64,000 nucleotides of DNA from Octopus vulgaris (lineage: Eukaryota): the NCBI GenBank assembly GCA_951406725.2, contig OX597815.1, positions 16,554,001-16,618,000 on the forward strand, given 5' to 3'. The notes under the pieces are model-generated. The model was not told the DNA's origin and did no database searches. It saw only the letters and a list, made by a program, of their open reading frames with translations. The position numbers and the translations under genes are program-made. Every line of letters starts with the position of its first letter. Within the stretch, counting starts at the first letter, position 1. Of the stretch, positions 1 through 13,020 are shown in pieces.

Positions 1-113
1 AAATAGAGAGCATAAAGGTTGTTTTATACTAGTAACCATTTCTAACGATATCATGTTGGCAATCTTCAGTGTCATTTTCAATATCTTGAATTTTTCTCAA
101 AGACATGAAGGTA

Positions 114-654
114 TTATCTACAGATTTCCCTTATATACATAGGTATTATATATCTATCTACTATATATATATATACACACACATGCACATATATATGCAT
201 ACATACATATACATGTATATAAATACATAGATACACATACATATATATATATACACATATACATGTATATAAATACACAGATACACATACATATATATAT
301 ATATACACATATACATGTCTATACATATATATGCATATACACATATATACATGCACACACATATATATATGCATATACACATGTATATACACACATACAG
401 ACATATACATATTCACGCACATATATACACAAACACGCATATATGAATACACACATGTATATACCATACATACACACATATACATATACAGATATATGTA
501 AATATAACCACATATATACACATATTTTTATAGCTATATATATTATACATACATACATATACTTATACATACATATATTATATATACATATATAGAAATA
601 TTCACATATTATATATATATATATAAAAGTATATATTTATATGTATGCAATACA

Positions 655-700
<46 letters not shown>
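114..700. repeat. Compound (TA)n/(CA)n/(TACA)n microsatellite field
   Basis: Near-continuous alternating purine-pyrimidine low-complexity sequence; source of the YI/CV-repeat ORFs. Confidence 0.9.
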
Positions 701-779
701 TACATTATTATATGACTGAACGCCATGCATCCACTTCAAAGTTAGTTTTATCTCTCTCTTTCTCTGTATATATACTTAC

Positions 780-813
<34 letters not shown>

Positions 814-814
814 T

Positions 815-1010
815 CTCTTATTGTTTGACTTATTTCAGTCATTTGACTTTGGCCATGCTGCAGCACCGCCTAAAAGAGTTTTAGTCGAAGAAAATGACCC
901 CAAGACTCATTCTTTCTAAGCTTATTCTTCTGGTCTCTTTTGCCGAACTGCTAAGCCTCAGGAACATAAACACACAAACATCAGTTGTCAAGTGATGGTG
1001 GAGCGATGTG
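815..1010 (-). mobile_element. SINE family A, degenerate 3' half
   Basis: tttcagtcatttgac..ggccatgctgcagcaccgcc..ctcttttgccgaactgctaag matches the full copies at 7218 and 32127. Confidence 0.75.
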
Positions 1011-1032
1011 TGTGTGTATATATATATATATA

Positions 1033-1076
<44 letters not shown>

Positions 1077-1110
1077 ATACATGTATATATATGTGTGTAT
1101 ACATATATGT

Positions 1111-1370
1111 AAGGTCCAGCCTAAAAACAGCACTGATGGAGATCGTAAAAAGGCTGCAACAATCCTATATGAGGGAGAAAGCAGACAAAGAAGCTTGGGT
1201 TATAAAAAACATTGGAATAATATGCCCTATACATAAAGGGGGAAGTAGAGCAGATGCCAAAAACTATAGGCCTATCTCTCTGACTTGAAGAAAATAACTT
1301 GCTGAGTGATACCCAGCATGGCTTTCGACCAGATAGGAGCTGCCTGACCCAGCACTTACATTATGACTGG

Positions 1371-1372
<2 letters not shown>
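1111..1372 (+). mobile_element. CR1-group LINE reverse transcriptase fragment
   Basis: Translates ICPIHKGGSRADAKNYRPISLT, then QHGFRPDRSCLTQ; these are non-LTR RT domain 1-2 motifs. Disrupted. Confidence 0.8.
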
Positions 1373-1405
<33 letters not shown>

Positions 1406-1682
1406 TTATTCGGGAATTTTTTGTGCCTTAATGTAAACATAAAATTTCCATTTTTCTTATTTTATTTGTCTTGCAACCTTTCAGTAGTTTGAGTAAAACA
1501 TTGAAATGCAACGAAAATTTAGAAAATAAAAAAAGAACAAAAATTTTACTGGTGAGTGTGTTATTATAAGGCACAAAAAGAAAATGACTCTCCCCAGACA
1601 CAACAGTATATGCTTCAACACATGAACTCATATAAAGAATCTTGCAAACCACATCCAAAAATGAAATATATATATATATATA

Positions 1683-2808
1683 CAGGGGTTGGAGAAAATA
1701 ATGGAAACACCTAGCATCATAATATTGAAATTATCTATAAAACTGTCAAAAGATTGTTTATTTTTCTGTTTTGATTTATTATTACTGTTGCTTAATCTGT
1801 TTTGCTAAAATTGCTGTCTCTTTTTTTTTTGTGTGTGTGTTTCAGGCGCTAAAGTAATGAAAACAGCCAAAATGTTTGGTGTTTCAAGAAGTACTGTCTC
1901 AAAAGTCATACACCCATTGAGAAAGAGGGAAAAACCTCCTCGTTGAAACAAAACTCCAGAAGAAAACCAAAACTTTCAGTCCACAAAAGTACAGCTCCCA
2001 AAATTACTACAGAGCTTAATGACCACCTTGAGAACCCAGGTTCCACAAAAACTATTTACAGGGAGCTGCAAAATCAGACTGCACAAGAAGGCTGCAATCA
2101 GAAAACCACTATTTCAAAAACAAATGTTGCAAAGTGTTTAGAGTAGAGTAAAAACCTACAAAATTGGTTCTAGAGCTGTGGAAGAATGTTATTTTCTAGG
2201 ACAAGTCATCCGTTACCTTACTTCCACACACTGGCCGAGTATACATATGGAGACAGCCCAAAGAAGCATTTGACCCAGACTCCTTCTTCCAACTGTCAAA
2301 CATGAAGGAGGTTCTGAGATGATCTGGGGGCTATATCTTGGAAATTCGCTGGCCCAATGGTTTCCCTTCATAGCAGAATTAATAGTCAAGTCTATTTAAG
2401 TATCTTATCTGATCAAATTCATCCTATGGTTGTGGAACTGTTTCCGGAGGGAAATGGAATCTTTTATGGTGATAATGCACCAATTCACACAGCTAAAGGA
2501 ACATTCAAGTGAAGTAGAACATCTTATCTGGCCACCACTGTCCCCAGATTTCTATATTATTAAACATTTATGATGTATTTTAGAAGAAAAAGTAAGGAGT
2601 AGATATCCTCCACCGTCATCACTACAAGAACTAGAGACTGTTTTAGCTGAAGAATGGACAAAAATTCCTTTGGAAATAATTCAAACTTTGTGCAGGTTCA
2701 TACCAAGTAGAATTCAAGCTATAATTACTGCCAAAGGTGGTCCTACCCCATATTAAAATACATTTGTTTGAAATTTTAAGTTATTTCCATTATTTTGTCC
2801 AACCCCTG
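1683..2808 (+). mobile_element. Tc1/mariner DNA transposon, defective
   Basis: TIRs caggggttgga(g/c)aaaataatggaaa at both ends, flanked by TA. Frameshifted transposase remnants HKSTAPKITTELN, PTVKHEGGS, DNAPIHTA, WPPLSPD. Confidence 0.9.
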
Positions 2809-3071
2809 TATATGTGTGTGTGTGGATGGATATATATATACACATATATATATGTATCTATAGATACATATATTGATAAATACATATATTCATATATACC
2901 TACATATATATATATATATACATATATATGTATAAGTATGCACATACATATATAAATTATATATGTATTTACATGTATATCAATCATCATCATCGTTCAA
3001 CGGATGTTAAACGATGATCATGACGTATGTATATATATATATATACACATATATATAAATGATAAGAAAAT

Positions 3072-3157
3072 TGGAGAAATAAACAATGAGAAGTGGATTT
3101 TTGGTGTATTAAGTTGGGACACCAAAGATCCAATTCTCATTGTTGTTTTTATCTCCA
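3072..3157. other. ~86-nt imperfect hairpin
   Basis: tggagaaataaacaatgagaagtggatttttggtgt pairs with acaccaaagatccaattctcattgttgtttttatctcca across an ~11-nt loop. Confidence 0.75.
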
Positions 3158-3236
3158 TTCTCTCATTAAACTATGGTTTACCTTTAAATTACCCTCTACC
3201 GTACACCTTATAACTAGGACCATATATACTGAGGTA

Positions 3237-3267
<31 letters not shown>

Positions 3268-3339
3268 TATATATTGAAAGAAATGGCAAGACAACAAAAG
3301 AATGAATGAGACCTTGATATTGTTTAAATAGAGGAATTT

Positions 3340-3429
3340 ATCAGTAAATATAATATGTGACAATTATTTGGTAGCCATTCAGTAGTTTTATCATGGCTAC
3401 TGAATAATTGTCACTTATTATATTTACAG

Positions 3430-3431
<2 letters not shown>
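3340..3431. other. ~92-nt imperfect hairpin
   Basis: atcagtaaatataatatgtgacaattatttggtagccat pairs with atggctactgaataattgtcacttattatatttacagat across a 14-nt loop. Confidence 0.8.
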
Positions 3432-3473
<42 letters not shown>

Positions 3474-3565
3474 ATATGTGGAAATTGACGATTTAAAAGT
3501 CTGTTATCAGCATATTGGCATAGAAATAATTTTCTTTTGCCCTTGTTTATAATTTTAACCTTTAA

Positions 3566-3782
3566 CCCTTTAGTATTTAAACCGGCCATATCCGGCCAAA
3601 ATATTTAATGTTTTATGCTCAAACTGACCAGATCCAGGCTCTCACACCTACCCTACAATGTTATTCTACATTAAGTAATTACACCATCAACATCTTGAAG
3701 ATATGAGATAATGCATGATTAATTCAAATCAATGTGAATCAATAAGCATTATGTTTGATAGAATAATCTGAACACTAAAGGG
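3566..3782. mobile_element. piggyBac-like MITE
   Basis: ccctttag...ctaaaggg flanked by TTAA (3562-65, 3783-86). The paralogous empty site has a single TTAA at 4293-96. Confidence 0.9.
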
Positions 3783-4052
3783 TTAAAGGTATTTTAATAT
3801 GCTGCCACTTTTTTGGATAAAATATTTTTCTGTAAAAGAACTTCATCCTATATTAGTAGTAGATTTATAACTATTTGCTATAGGGACAGGTAACCACTAT
3901 AAGCTGTGGTGGAGAACAGTTCACATCTCTGCTGAGGCTAACCAAAGGATTTTATATTAAGATATATCTAGGGTACTTATGTGAACACATGACTTTTGCT
4001 TCGGCTTTTTTCCATGGGCGCTTGTAAGTATTTCATTTATGTCTTTTCGTAT

Positions 4053-4114
4053 TTTCTACTGACGAGGAAAAAATCTATTATGAGATTAATTCCGAAATTG
4101 ATTCAATATAGAAA
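4053..4114 (+). ncRNA. Type I hammerhead ribozyme, intact core
   Basis: Stem I tttcta/tagaaa; CUGACGA (4059-65); stem II ggaa/ttcc; GAAA (4094-97); stem III ttg-att-caa; AUA cleavage triplet ending at 4108. Confidence 0.8.
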
Positions 4115-4468
4115 TAATGAACTTTTTAAAAAATTCTGTTGGCTAGCTTTCCTCGATTTCAGCACAACGTATTTCTGTAGTGGGTATATAATAACATGTG
4201 GAAATTGACATTTTAAAAGTCTGTTATCAGCATATTGGCATTGAAATAATTTTCTTTTGCCCTTGTTTATAAGTTGTTTATAATTTTAACCTTTAAAGGT
4301 ATTTTAATATACAGCCACTCTTTTGATGAAATTTTTTTCTGTAAAAAAATCTTCATCCTATATTAGTGGTGTATATATATATATATATATATATATAAAC
4401 ATATATTTATATAGAGATACACACACACATATATATATACACATATACTCATACATTTAGATATATAT

Positions 4469-4604
4469 AAGATTGTCCCAAAAGTTCGTAGAAAGTCTTG
4501 GAAAATAATGGTCTTTATTTTGAGGAATAATTTTTGTTGTTTTTGTTAGTACTTGGCGAGTAAAAATTCAATTTTCGCAAGTGTTTACGAACTTTTGAGA
4601 CAAC

Positions 4605-4608
<4 letters not shown>
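4469..4608. mobile_element. Short Tc1/mariner-type MITE
   Basis: Inverted ends ttgtcccaaaagttcgta / tacgaacttttgagacaa in TA context. Confidence 0.65.
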
Positions 4609-4649
<41 letters not shown>

Positions 4650-4664
4650 TTATATATAAATTTA

Positions 4665-6478
4665 CAGTGGCGCCCTTTAATTTAAGAACACTAGTAGATA
4701 AATATTAAAATGGCATTTTCTAAATATATTCTAGTTGTAAATCTGAATTAAGAAGCCTATCAAAACCAGCATATAAATATTAAATTAAAAATAAACTTTA
4801 TTTTGTGTAATTTATGTTGCCACTGAATTGAAGAGTGATCTCCCAAATTTTGGGGGATCTTTTTGCCGTATTGACTAACATAAAGGTAGAGTAATTTGTA
4901 TGCTGTTACAATATTTAAGTTAGTCAATAGTTGTGATGGGTCAGAGACAAAAGTTAACACCAGAAACCAGAGTGAAGATCGTTCAGGCTTAGTAGGCTGA
5001 AATAGTCATACAAAACTATTTTAAATGAAGTTGGATGAGCTAAAACAGCTGTCTAGATTGCTCTCTGTTGTTATAAAGAAACTAATGATTGCAAAGACAA
5101 CTCTGAACCTGGGCAACCAAGAAAAACAATGGCAGGAATGGATAGATATACTGATAGACTGTCCCTAAAAAAATGTAAAATGACTGCTGTTGACATTTTT
5201 GAAAGAAATTCGGCAAAAATATGGACTTACCATAAAATGCTGTCTCAAAGAATTTGGACTTCTAGGAAGAGTCTCTTGGAAAAAGCCATATATTTCTTTT
5301 AAAAAATCAACATGCCTGAATACAGTTTGCAAAAGAGTAAGCCAGCAGATCGGTCGAATGTGTTGTCGGACAAGTCAAAGCTCAACTTGTTCAGCAGTGA
5401 TGGCAGGAAGTATGTAAGAAAGCATATAGGCAAAGAATTATTAGGAGCACTCCATCGGTTACGACGATGAGGGTCCCAGCTGATACGATCAACGGAACAG
5501 CTTGCTCGTGGAATTAACGTGCAAGTGGCTGAGCATTCCACAGACACGTGTACCCTTAAAGTAGTTCTCAAGGAGATTCAACGTGACACAGAGTGTGACA
5601 AGGCTGGCCCTTTGAAATACAGGTACAACAGAAACAGGAAGAAAAAGTGAGAGAAAGTTGTGGTGAAAAAGTACAGCAGGGTTCACCACCACCTCCTGCC
5701 TGAGCCTTGTGAAGCTTTAGGTGTTTTCGCTCAATAAACACTCACAATGCCCGGTCTGGGAATCAAAACCGCGATCCTACGACCGTGAGTCCGCTGCCCT
5801 AACCACAGGGCCATTGCGCCTCCACAGGCAAAGAATATCATCCAGAATGCATCCAACCTACAATTAAGCATAGTGTTGGGGTGCATATCTGGAAAAGGCA
5901 TCGGTCCTATAATCTAAATCAAGGGCATTATGGATAGTAAGTTCCTATCTAGAAATATTGGATAAAACTATGTTTCTATATGCCCGAAAGCATTTGGGGT
6001 GATCTTGGGTAGAGCTGTGCAAAGTAGTAAGCCAAAAAATAAGGATGATTTTTGTAACATTATCAGCCAAAATTGGGGAAAAAATCTCAGGAACAGTGAT
6101 AAATGCTCTGAACAATTCTATGTTTCGCAGATGCAAAGCTGTGTTAAGTAACTTTGGATACCCAAACAAATACTGATTGTGTGAGCTTATTACTGTTTTT
6201 TTGTTGATCTCAGAATAAATTTTTTTTTGGCAAAAAAATGAAATTTTACAAATCGTTCTTAAATTAAATGGCTCTATAAATTATGATAATTAAGCTCTAT
6301 TTTTAATTTTAAATTAATATGTTGATGTTATGCTGTAAAGTTGTATACAATATTAAAGTTTGTGAAATTTTCTTTATTTTGATATACATCTTAATTCACA
6401 ATTTACAACTTGAATGTATATAAAAAATGCTATTTTAACAATAGTATACAAGCGTTCTTAAATTAAATGGCACCACTG
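4665..6478 (+). mobile_element. Tc1-like DNA transposon, defective, with a nested SINE
   Basis: 28-bp TIRs cagtgg(c/t)gcc(c/a)tttaatttaagaac(a/g)ct with TA TSD; inner repeat of the TIR motif at ~6254-6272. Transposase remnants GRVSWKKPYIS, DKSKLNLFSSDGRKYVR, PTIKH. Confidence 0.9.
5439..5825 (-). mobile_element. SINE family B (tRNA-derived head) inserted in the Tc1 transposase
   Basis: Head ggaggcgcaatggccc.gtggttagggcagcggactc with A/B-box-like motifs; TSD aggcaaagaat at 5428-38 and 5826-36. Confidence 0.85.
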
Positions 6479-6479
6479 T

Positions 6480-6529
6480 ATATTTATATCTACATATATA
6501 CATACATATACACATGTATTTATATACAA

Positions 6530-6619
<90 letters not shown>

Positions 6620-6916
6620 AATATATATATATATACAAACATATATACACACATATTTATACATATATATATATACATATATTTATATACATATATATAT
6701 GCATATATTTATATACATACATATATATGCATATATTTATATACATACATATATATGCATATATATATATATATACATATTTATATGCATATATGCATAT
6801 TTACATACATTCATATATATGCATATACTTATATACATACATAATTCATATATATATATACTATATATACATACATTCATATATATGCATATACATATAT
6901 ATATATACATACATAC

Positions 6917-6947
<31 letters not shown>

Positions 6948-6952
6948 TACAC

Positions 6953-7016
<64 letters not shown>

Positions 7017-7020
7017 ATAT
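6480..7020. repeat. Compound (TA)n/(TACA)n microsatellite
   Basis: Directly visible. Confidence 0.9.
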
Positions 7021-7217
7021 GATTTTATAAATAATTTGATGGAATTTTTTTAATACCATCACATGATTACAACTAATGATAGTCTGTACAGTTTATCCTT
7101 TCCAAATGATGGGGATGAGGGAAGGAAAAAAAAAAATCAATCATTTGAATTATTGTGTTTAACGAGTTCAGTACAGAACAATGTTGATGTTATGAAAAAC
7201 TATATAAGGGTTTCATT

Positions 7218-7602
7218 CTTTTACTTGTTTCAGTCATTTGACTGCGGCCATGCTGGAGCACCGCCTTTAGTCGAGCAAATCGACCCCGGGACTTATTCTT
7301 TGTAAGCCCAGTACTTATTCTATCGGTCTCTTTTGCCGAACCGCTAAGTGACGGGGACGTAAACACACCAGCATCGGTTGTCAAGCAATGCTAGGGGGAC
7401 AAACACACAAACACACATATATATATATATACATATATACGACAGGCTTCTTTCAGTTTCCGTCTACCAAATCCACTCACAAGGCATTGGTCGGCCCGGG
7501 GCTATAGCAGAAGACACTTGCCCAAGATGCCACGCAGTGGGACTGAACCCGGAGCCATGTGGTTGGTTAGCAAGCTACTTACCACGCAGCCACTCCTGCG
7601 CC
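7218..7602 (-). mobile_element. SINE family A, full length
   Basis: tRNA-like head ggcgcaggagtggctgcgtgg...ggttcagtcc, internal (TA/CA)n, and a 17-bp TSD tatataagggtttcatt (7201-17, 7603-19). Confidence 0.92.
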
Positions 7603-7946
7603 TATATAAGGGTTTCATTTAAGTATTTTTACATGGCTTATTGAGAGGAGGGAGGGTATTGCTCACGTATTTTTGCAGGGTCTCTGAGACTGTTGGCAGG
7701 ATGTTATCCTCAGATAGAAAACCTGGCCTGAATGCATGAAACGGAATGGATGCAACTAAGTCACCAAATAGCCAGGTGAGGGTATAAAACTGGCACGCTT
7801 AATCTTAGATGGCTGATTAAGTGTGTGCCATCTAAGAACAGGAACCGTCTCTCCAATGGGCTTCCACACAGTTTCCATCAACTGTACAAGGTTTTGGTCA
7901 ATCCAATGCTAAGTTACTTGTTTAATTACAGAAGATCAATACTTTA

Positions 7947-8339
7947 CTCTTTTACTTGTTTAAGTCATTTGACTGCGGCCATGCTGGAGCACCACCTTTA
8001 GTCGAGCAAATCGACCCCGGGACTTATTCTTTGTAAGCCCAGTACTTATTCTATCGGTCTCTTTTTGCTGAACCGCTAAGTGACGGGGACGTAAACACAC
8101 AAGCATTGGTTGTCAAATGATGGTGGGGGGACAAACACTGACACACAAACATACATATATATATATATACATATATACAACAGGCTTCTTTCAGTTTCCG
8201 TCTACCAAATCCACTCACAAGGCATTAGTCAGCCCGAGGCTATAGCAGAAGACACTTGCCCAAGATACCACACAGTGGGACTGAACCCGGAACCATGAGG
8301 TTGGTAAGCAAGCTACTTACCACACAGCCACTCCCGCGC
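7947..8339 (-). mobile_element. SINE family A, full length
   Basis: Colinear and highly similar to 7218-7602. Confidence 0.88.
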
Positions 8340-9844
8340 TCTTCTGGATTTGTATTATATTTTTCATAAGAAATATCCACGAAGGAGAAGCTCGGTATCA
8401 ATGATCCAATCTAAGTTATTTTCTAAATCTAATGTGAATGTAATATCAAAAAACAAAGAAAAAAAAAAAAAAGGTAAAAAGTAACAATGATGATGATGAT
8501 GATGATAGTTTCGGTTTGAAATATTTTACAGAATGTTAACATTTAAGTCCACAAAACGTTACTATTCTGTTACATTTCTGAGACACACGACAACAGGTAA
8601 CATTCATCTAGTGCTGATGTAATGTTGATCTCAAATGCAAAACTATACATCACAAAAGCAAAATGAAGAACTGGATATTTTAACATTTAACATAAAGAAT
8701 GGAAGTGGCCTTACACAGAAGAGGGAAGCTGTAGAAGGAAACTAAATAACATGACAAAAAAAAAAATTGAAAAATAAAAGAAAAAAAAACCCACCCATTT
8801 TTTTTCATCACATAATTCCATCTCTACCAAAGTACTTTCGATTAATCAATAAAAATATAGATTACTATTATGTATATATATATATATATATATATGTTTT
8901 TTATATGTTTGAAACAAATATTAACTTTTAACTAGTAATTGATTGCCAAACACTCTGTGAAAGAGTAGCTTGATAACAATTGCAAACGTTTGGTTGGTTG
9001 CAGAGCTTGGCATCTGGACTGCAAGTTTCACCACCAGTGACTCTATCAAGCTTCGTAAGTAATTAAGATACGAAAATATTGAACATATTTAAACAAGCAT
9101 TAAGGAGAAGAAGAAAAAAACAAAAAAACCATTCATCAACTCTGTAGTAAGAAAACTCAGTGATTCAATAATTTATGAGATCTTATTCTCAGTGAACATA
9201 CAAGATTATTATAAGCTAATGACATATAAGGCATAATTCAGTTTGTAGGGTACTTTTTTTGCCACACACATGAAAAGGTGGCAAATTCATTTGCAAATCT
9301 CTGTCTCACAGGAAATTTTGAAGTATCAAGATTTACACAAAAGAGATGATAGTTTCTTGTAAGCAAATTAGTTTATCTAAGGAAACGATTTTAAAACAAA
9401 CATGACATATTTATTTCCCAAATACTACGTTTAGTTCTGAAAATCCAGATACAACACACACATGCACGTAATCGCATAAACAAATATGCAAGCACAAAAG
9501 TAAACATAAGGCACTCTGTTAAATGTATTGATGTAATTCGTGGCTCAACTCCACTTTCACGCAGTCATTTATAATCCTAACTCTTCATTTGCTGTGGAAA
9601 GAAACAAATAAGGAGAATGGTTAACTGTCTAATAAATACATGCAAGAGACTCTTTGTAGTTGCTTGTAATTTACACCAAAAAAAAACACTAAGAAAGGAA
9701 ATAACCTCCGATATTCCTTTTCACAATGAAAAAAAAAAGTTACTTTTATTTATCTTTGCCAGCACTATAAGTATATATTTTAAAGGTAACAAAGATAACT
9801 GTACAAATGTTTCCCTTAATGCTCTTTTGTCAAAGTTAAACAAT

Positions 9845-10190
9845 TCATTTTCATTTTCATCTAGTTTCAGCTCACAAGCTGTGGCCATGCTGGGGCACCG
9901 CCGTTCGGTGTTGCTACATGATTTTACTTCACGAATGCTTTTTAGCAATTGACATTTGGTGCATGAGAGAGTTTGATGCAGCTGCCCTCATCTCTGCACC
10001 TCCTGCCGTGAAGTTGGTTCATCTGGGACACCTGACAGGAAGAGATCCAGCTTTATTTTAAAGACATCTGCATCCACTCTATGCAGGTCTCTCAGGTCCT
10101 TCAGGAGGATATTGAAGAGCTGTGGACCTCTGAAGCCCAGGCTATCACAGTATCTTGTCCTACATCTTGATGGCAAACTTGGAGTCCTGT
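9845..10190 (-). mobile_element. 3' end of a CR1/L2-group LINE
   Basis: C-terminal peptide SLGFRGPQLFNILLKDLR..FKIKLDLFLSGVPDEP, then a 3' UTR ggcggtgccccagcatggccacagc and a (tgaaaa)n tail. Confidence 0.8.
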
Positions 10191-11503
10191 TGTAGTATTT
10201 CAAATTCATTAAATATGTTTACGTTTAAAGAAATACATATTTGTTATGATAAGTAATGTTGAAATAGTTAATCCATTCAGAAACTCCAGGAATTTATATG
10301 CTGCTACTTAACATCAGTTTTTGTAGCATTAAGTGAAAAGAAACAAATCTTCCCTTGGACAAAATGTCACAGGAAACTTTCTTAGATGTTCTTATAATTT
10401 CTCCCAACATCTAGGTGAACAGAGGCACATGGAATGAAGTAGTCTTCTCCAATAGATAATAGAATACCTGCAATGGATTTGTATACACAACCAATCAGAG
10501 TGGCAGGCCAAATTACCAAACCAATTTCCCATGTCAGGAGATTATCTGAACATTTATCAAACATTTCAATTTTTTTTCTTTTTCAATAGAGATAGAGTTC
10601 TTGGATGGTCTGTTCTTTGTTGAGACAAAAACATGACAAATATTTGAGTAACTTTTAATCTAACCTTGGACTATTGCTCTCAATTCTGAGATGTCTTCAT
10701 AAAAGTCCTCCTTCAGAACACTCACTATCATGAGCTGAAGTAAGTTAAAACAATTCATTTCAACTACCCCTACCAACCAAAGCTAAGCTATAGAATTCTT
10801 TACTTTTCAAATCTATATCTATAGTTGTAATCCAAGACTGAATTATATTATATACTAATTTGAAGTAAGAAATTAAATAAATGAAATCTTTGCAAATCTA
10901 GTTAGGGTAATATGCCACAACTATTTATCTTAATAAAATCAGATCATAATGAATAAAGGATCACTGAATAGCTTCTACTCAAGAAATAAAAAAGAAATAT
11001 TTTAGAAAATTATTTTGGAAACTTAATGTATAAGTATGTGGCAGAAGTAATGCAAAATTTAAGCAAATCCTTTTTTGTAAGTACTTTTTCTAATCTAATT
11101 TCCAATTTTTACGTCATAATCCTTAAATATGTTGGTAGTTAATCAAACCAAATTTTGCTGTGGCTTGCTATAGTATAAAAGGAGAAACAAAACCTCAGAT
11201 CTCAGATGCAATTTGTTAAATAATTTTGATTGCTCTGACAAGATTATCCAATAAATATTTTTAAGACAGATATATCAGAAAAGAAAACAAACCAGAAGTA
11301 GAGAAATAAAACATATATTTTTAGCTCTGAAAAGCAACCACAACTCTCTTGTTACTGTATTTGCAAAATGATAGAAAATTTTCCACAATGGTCCAGCAAA
11401 CAAGCATTCAAAGAGATGAACCACTTTATATGGTTTACTAAATGTGCTATTAAGAAAATCAGTATTTCAAATGGAGAGTGCACACCCTCATACACACGTA
11501 TGT

Positions 11504-11536
<33 letters not shown>

Positions 11537-11955
11537 CATGCACACACACACCATAATCCCTGGTGCTTGGCACAAGGAAAATTTATAGTACATATACATC
11601 CCCGTAGTCTTTGATCTAAAGACTGGTTGGCAGAGATAGTAACTGAGAAAAAGAATGAAAAGGACACAAACTGGGTTTAAGAAAATCATCATTTATATAT
11701 AACCTTTGTGTTAAAACGATTTGCAGACTTAAAGTGCATATAAATAAAATATACACATACATTATGTTTATATATATATATTTTACATGCATACACTTAT
11801 GACCCTCCTAAATAAACATGAAGTATGTTATTAGATGAATTGTTATTATTAGCATTATTATGATCTAGTTGTCATGTACAGATATTATTTGTAAATATGC
11901 ATTCACTCCATCACACATACACAGCCAACACTATACATTACATATATGTATACAT

Positions 11956-11994
<39 letters not shown>

Positions 11995-12619
11995 GCATTT
12001 GTATATTTACACACTAATACACATTATTTGTGCGTGTGAATGTATCATGTATACAAAGACACACACACAAACAGACACACACATACATACACATATGTAT
12101 ATGTATACAAATGCTAGGATATTTAGGAGTGGAATAATTCTTCAATTAAAAAAAAAAAAAGAAATGCTACTGTAATGTAGGAATCCACTAAGGCTGCGCT
12201 TTTCTGATTTTCTTTCAAAAACCCCTTTCTTCTCAGATTTGTCATTTATGAATTCTAAGAGTAACTCTTTCCTTTTTTGTTTGTTTGCTTGGATGCTGTT
12301 GTTGTTGTTATTGTTGTTTCCCTTGTATGTATTGTATGTGTGTGCGTGAATGATTTTTTTTTCTTTCCCCAAATGAGAAATGAATAACCAATGACACTGC
12401 TTAAACGTTTCAAACAGATGATTACTACTACTCATAATTCGACAGATAAATAAAGTCCTTTTTTTTTAACTTTGTTCAACCTCTTGCGATATTGAATATT
12501 ATAGTACAGTTTTTTTGTTTTTTTTTTTGAGGAAATCGTATTTTGTTTTGCTTTCTCTTGTTGCTGAATGTTTTAATTTATAATCTTAATGGAGTGATAA
12601 CTATTCATATAAAAATTTG

Positions 12620-12754
12620 TTATGTGTATGTATGTGTGATTATCTGAATATGTGCATCTATTTGTGTGTATATGTATATACATACACACATACATATACA
12701 TATGTGTATATATATATATATATATATACATACAGACATACATATACATATGTG

Positions 12755-12837
<83 letters not shown>

Positions 12838-13020
12838 GTATATATATATATATACACACATAAATATATATATATACATATATGCAAATGTATGTGTATG
12901 CATAAATGTTGTGTGTGTATGTATGTGTATATACATATATACACACATATGCATACACATATACATAAATCCGTGCGTATATGTATGCTTTTATTATATT
13001 ATACACACTCACACACATAA
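12620..13020. repeat. Compound microsatellite in the presumed 3' UTR
   Basis: (TA)n/(TG)n/(TATG)n mixture about 200-600 bp past the stop codon. Confidence 0.85.

Larger units (their letters stand above)
3470..4372 (+). repeat. Partial tandem (direct) repeat, ~500-bp unit carrying a hammerhead ribozyme; retrozyme- or Penelope-like
   Basis: 3470-3860 (minus a MITE insert) is repeated at ~4190-4372 (atgtggaaattgac..cttcatcctatattagt). Flanked by (TA)n on both sides. Confidence 0.75.

Noticed and set aside
1943-2760. Functional transposase genes (also 5000-6170)
   Set aside because: Multiple stops, frameshifts and deletions; the second element is interrupted by a SINE.
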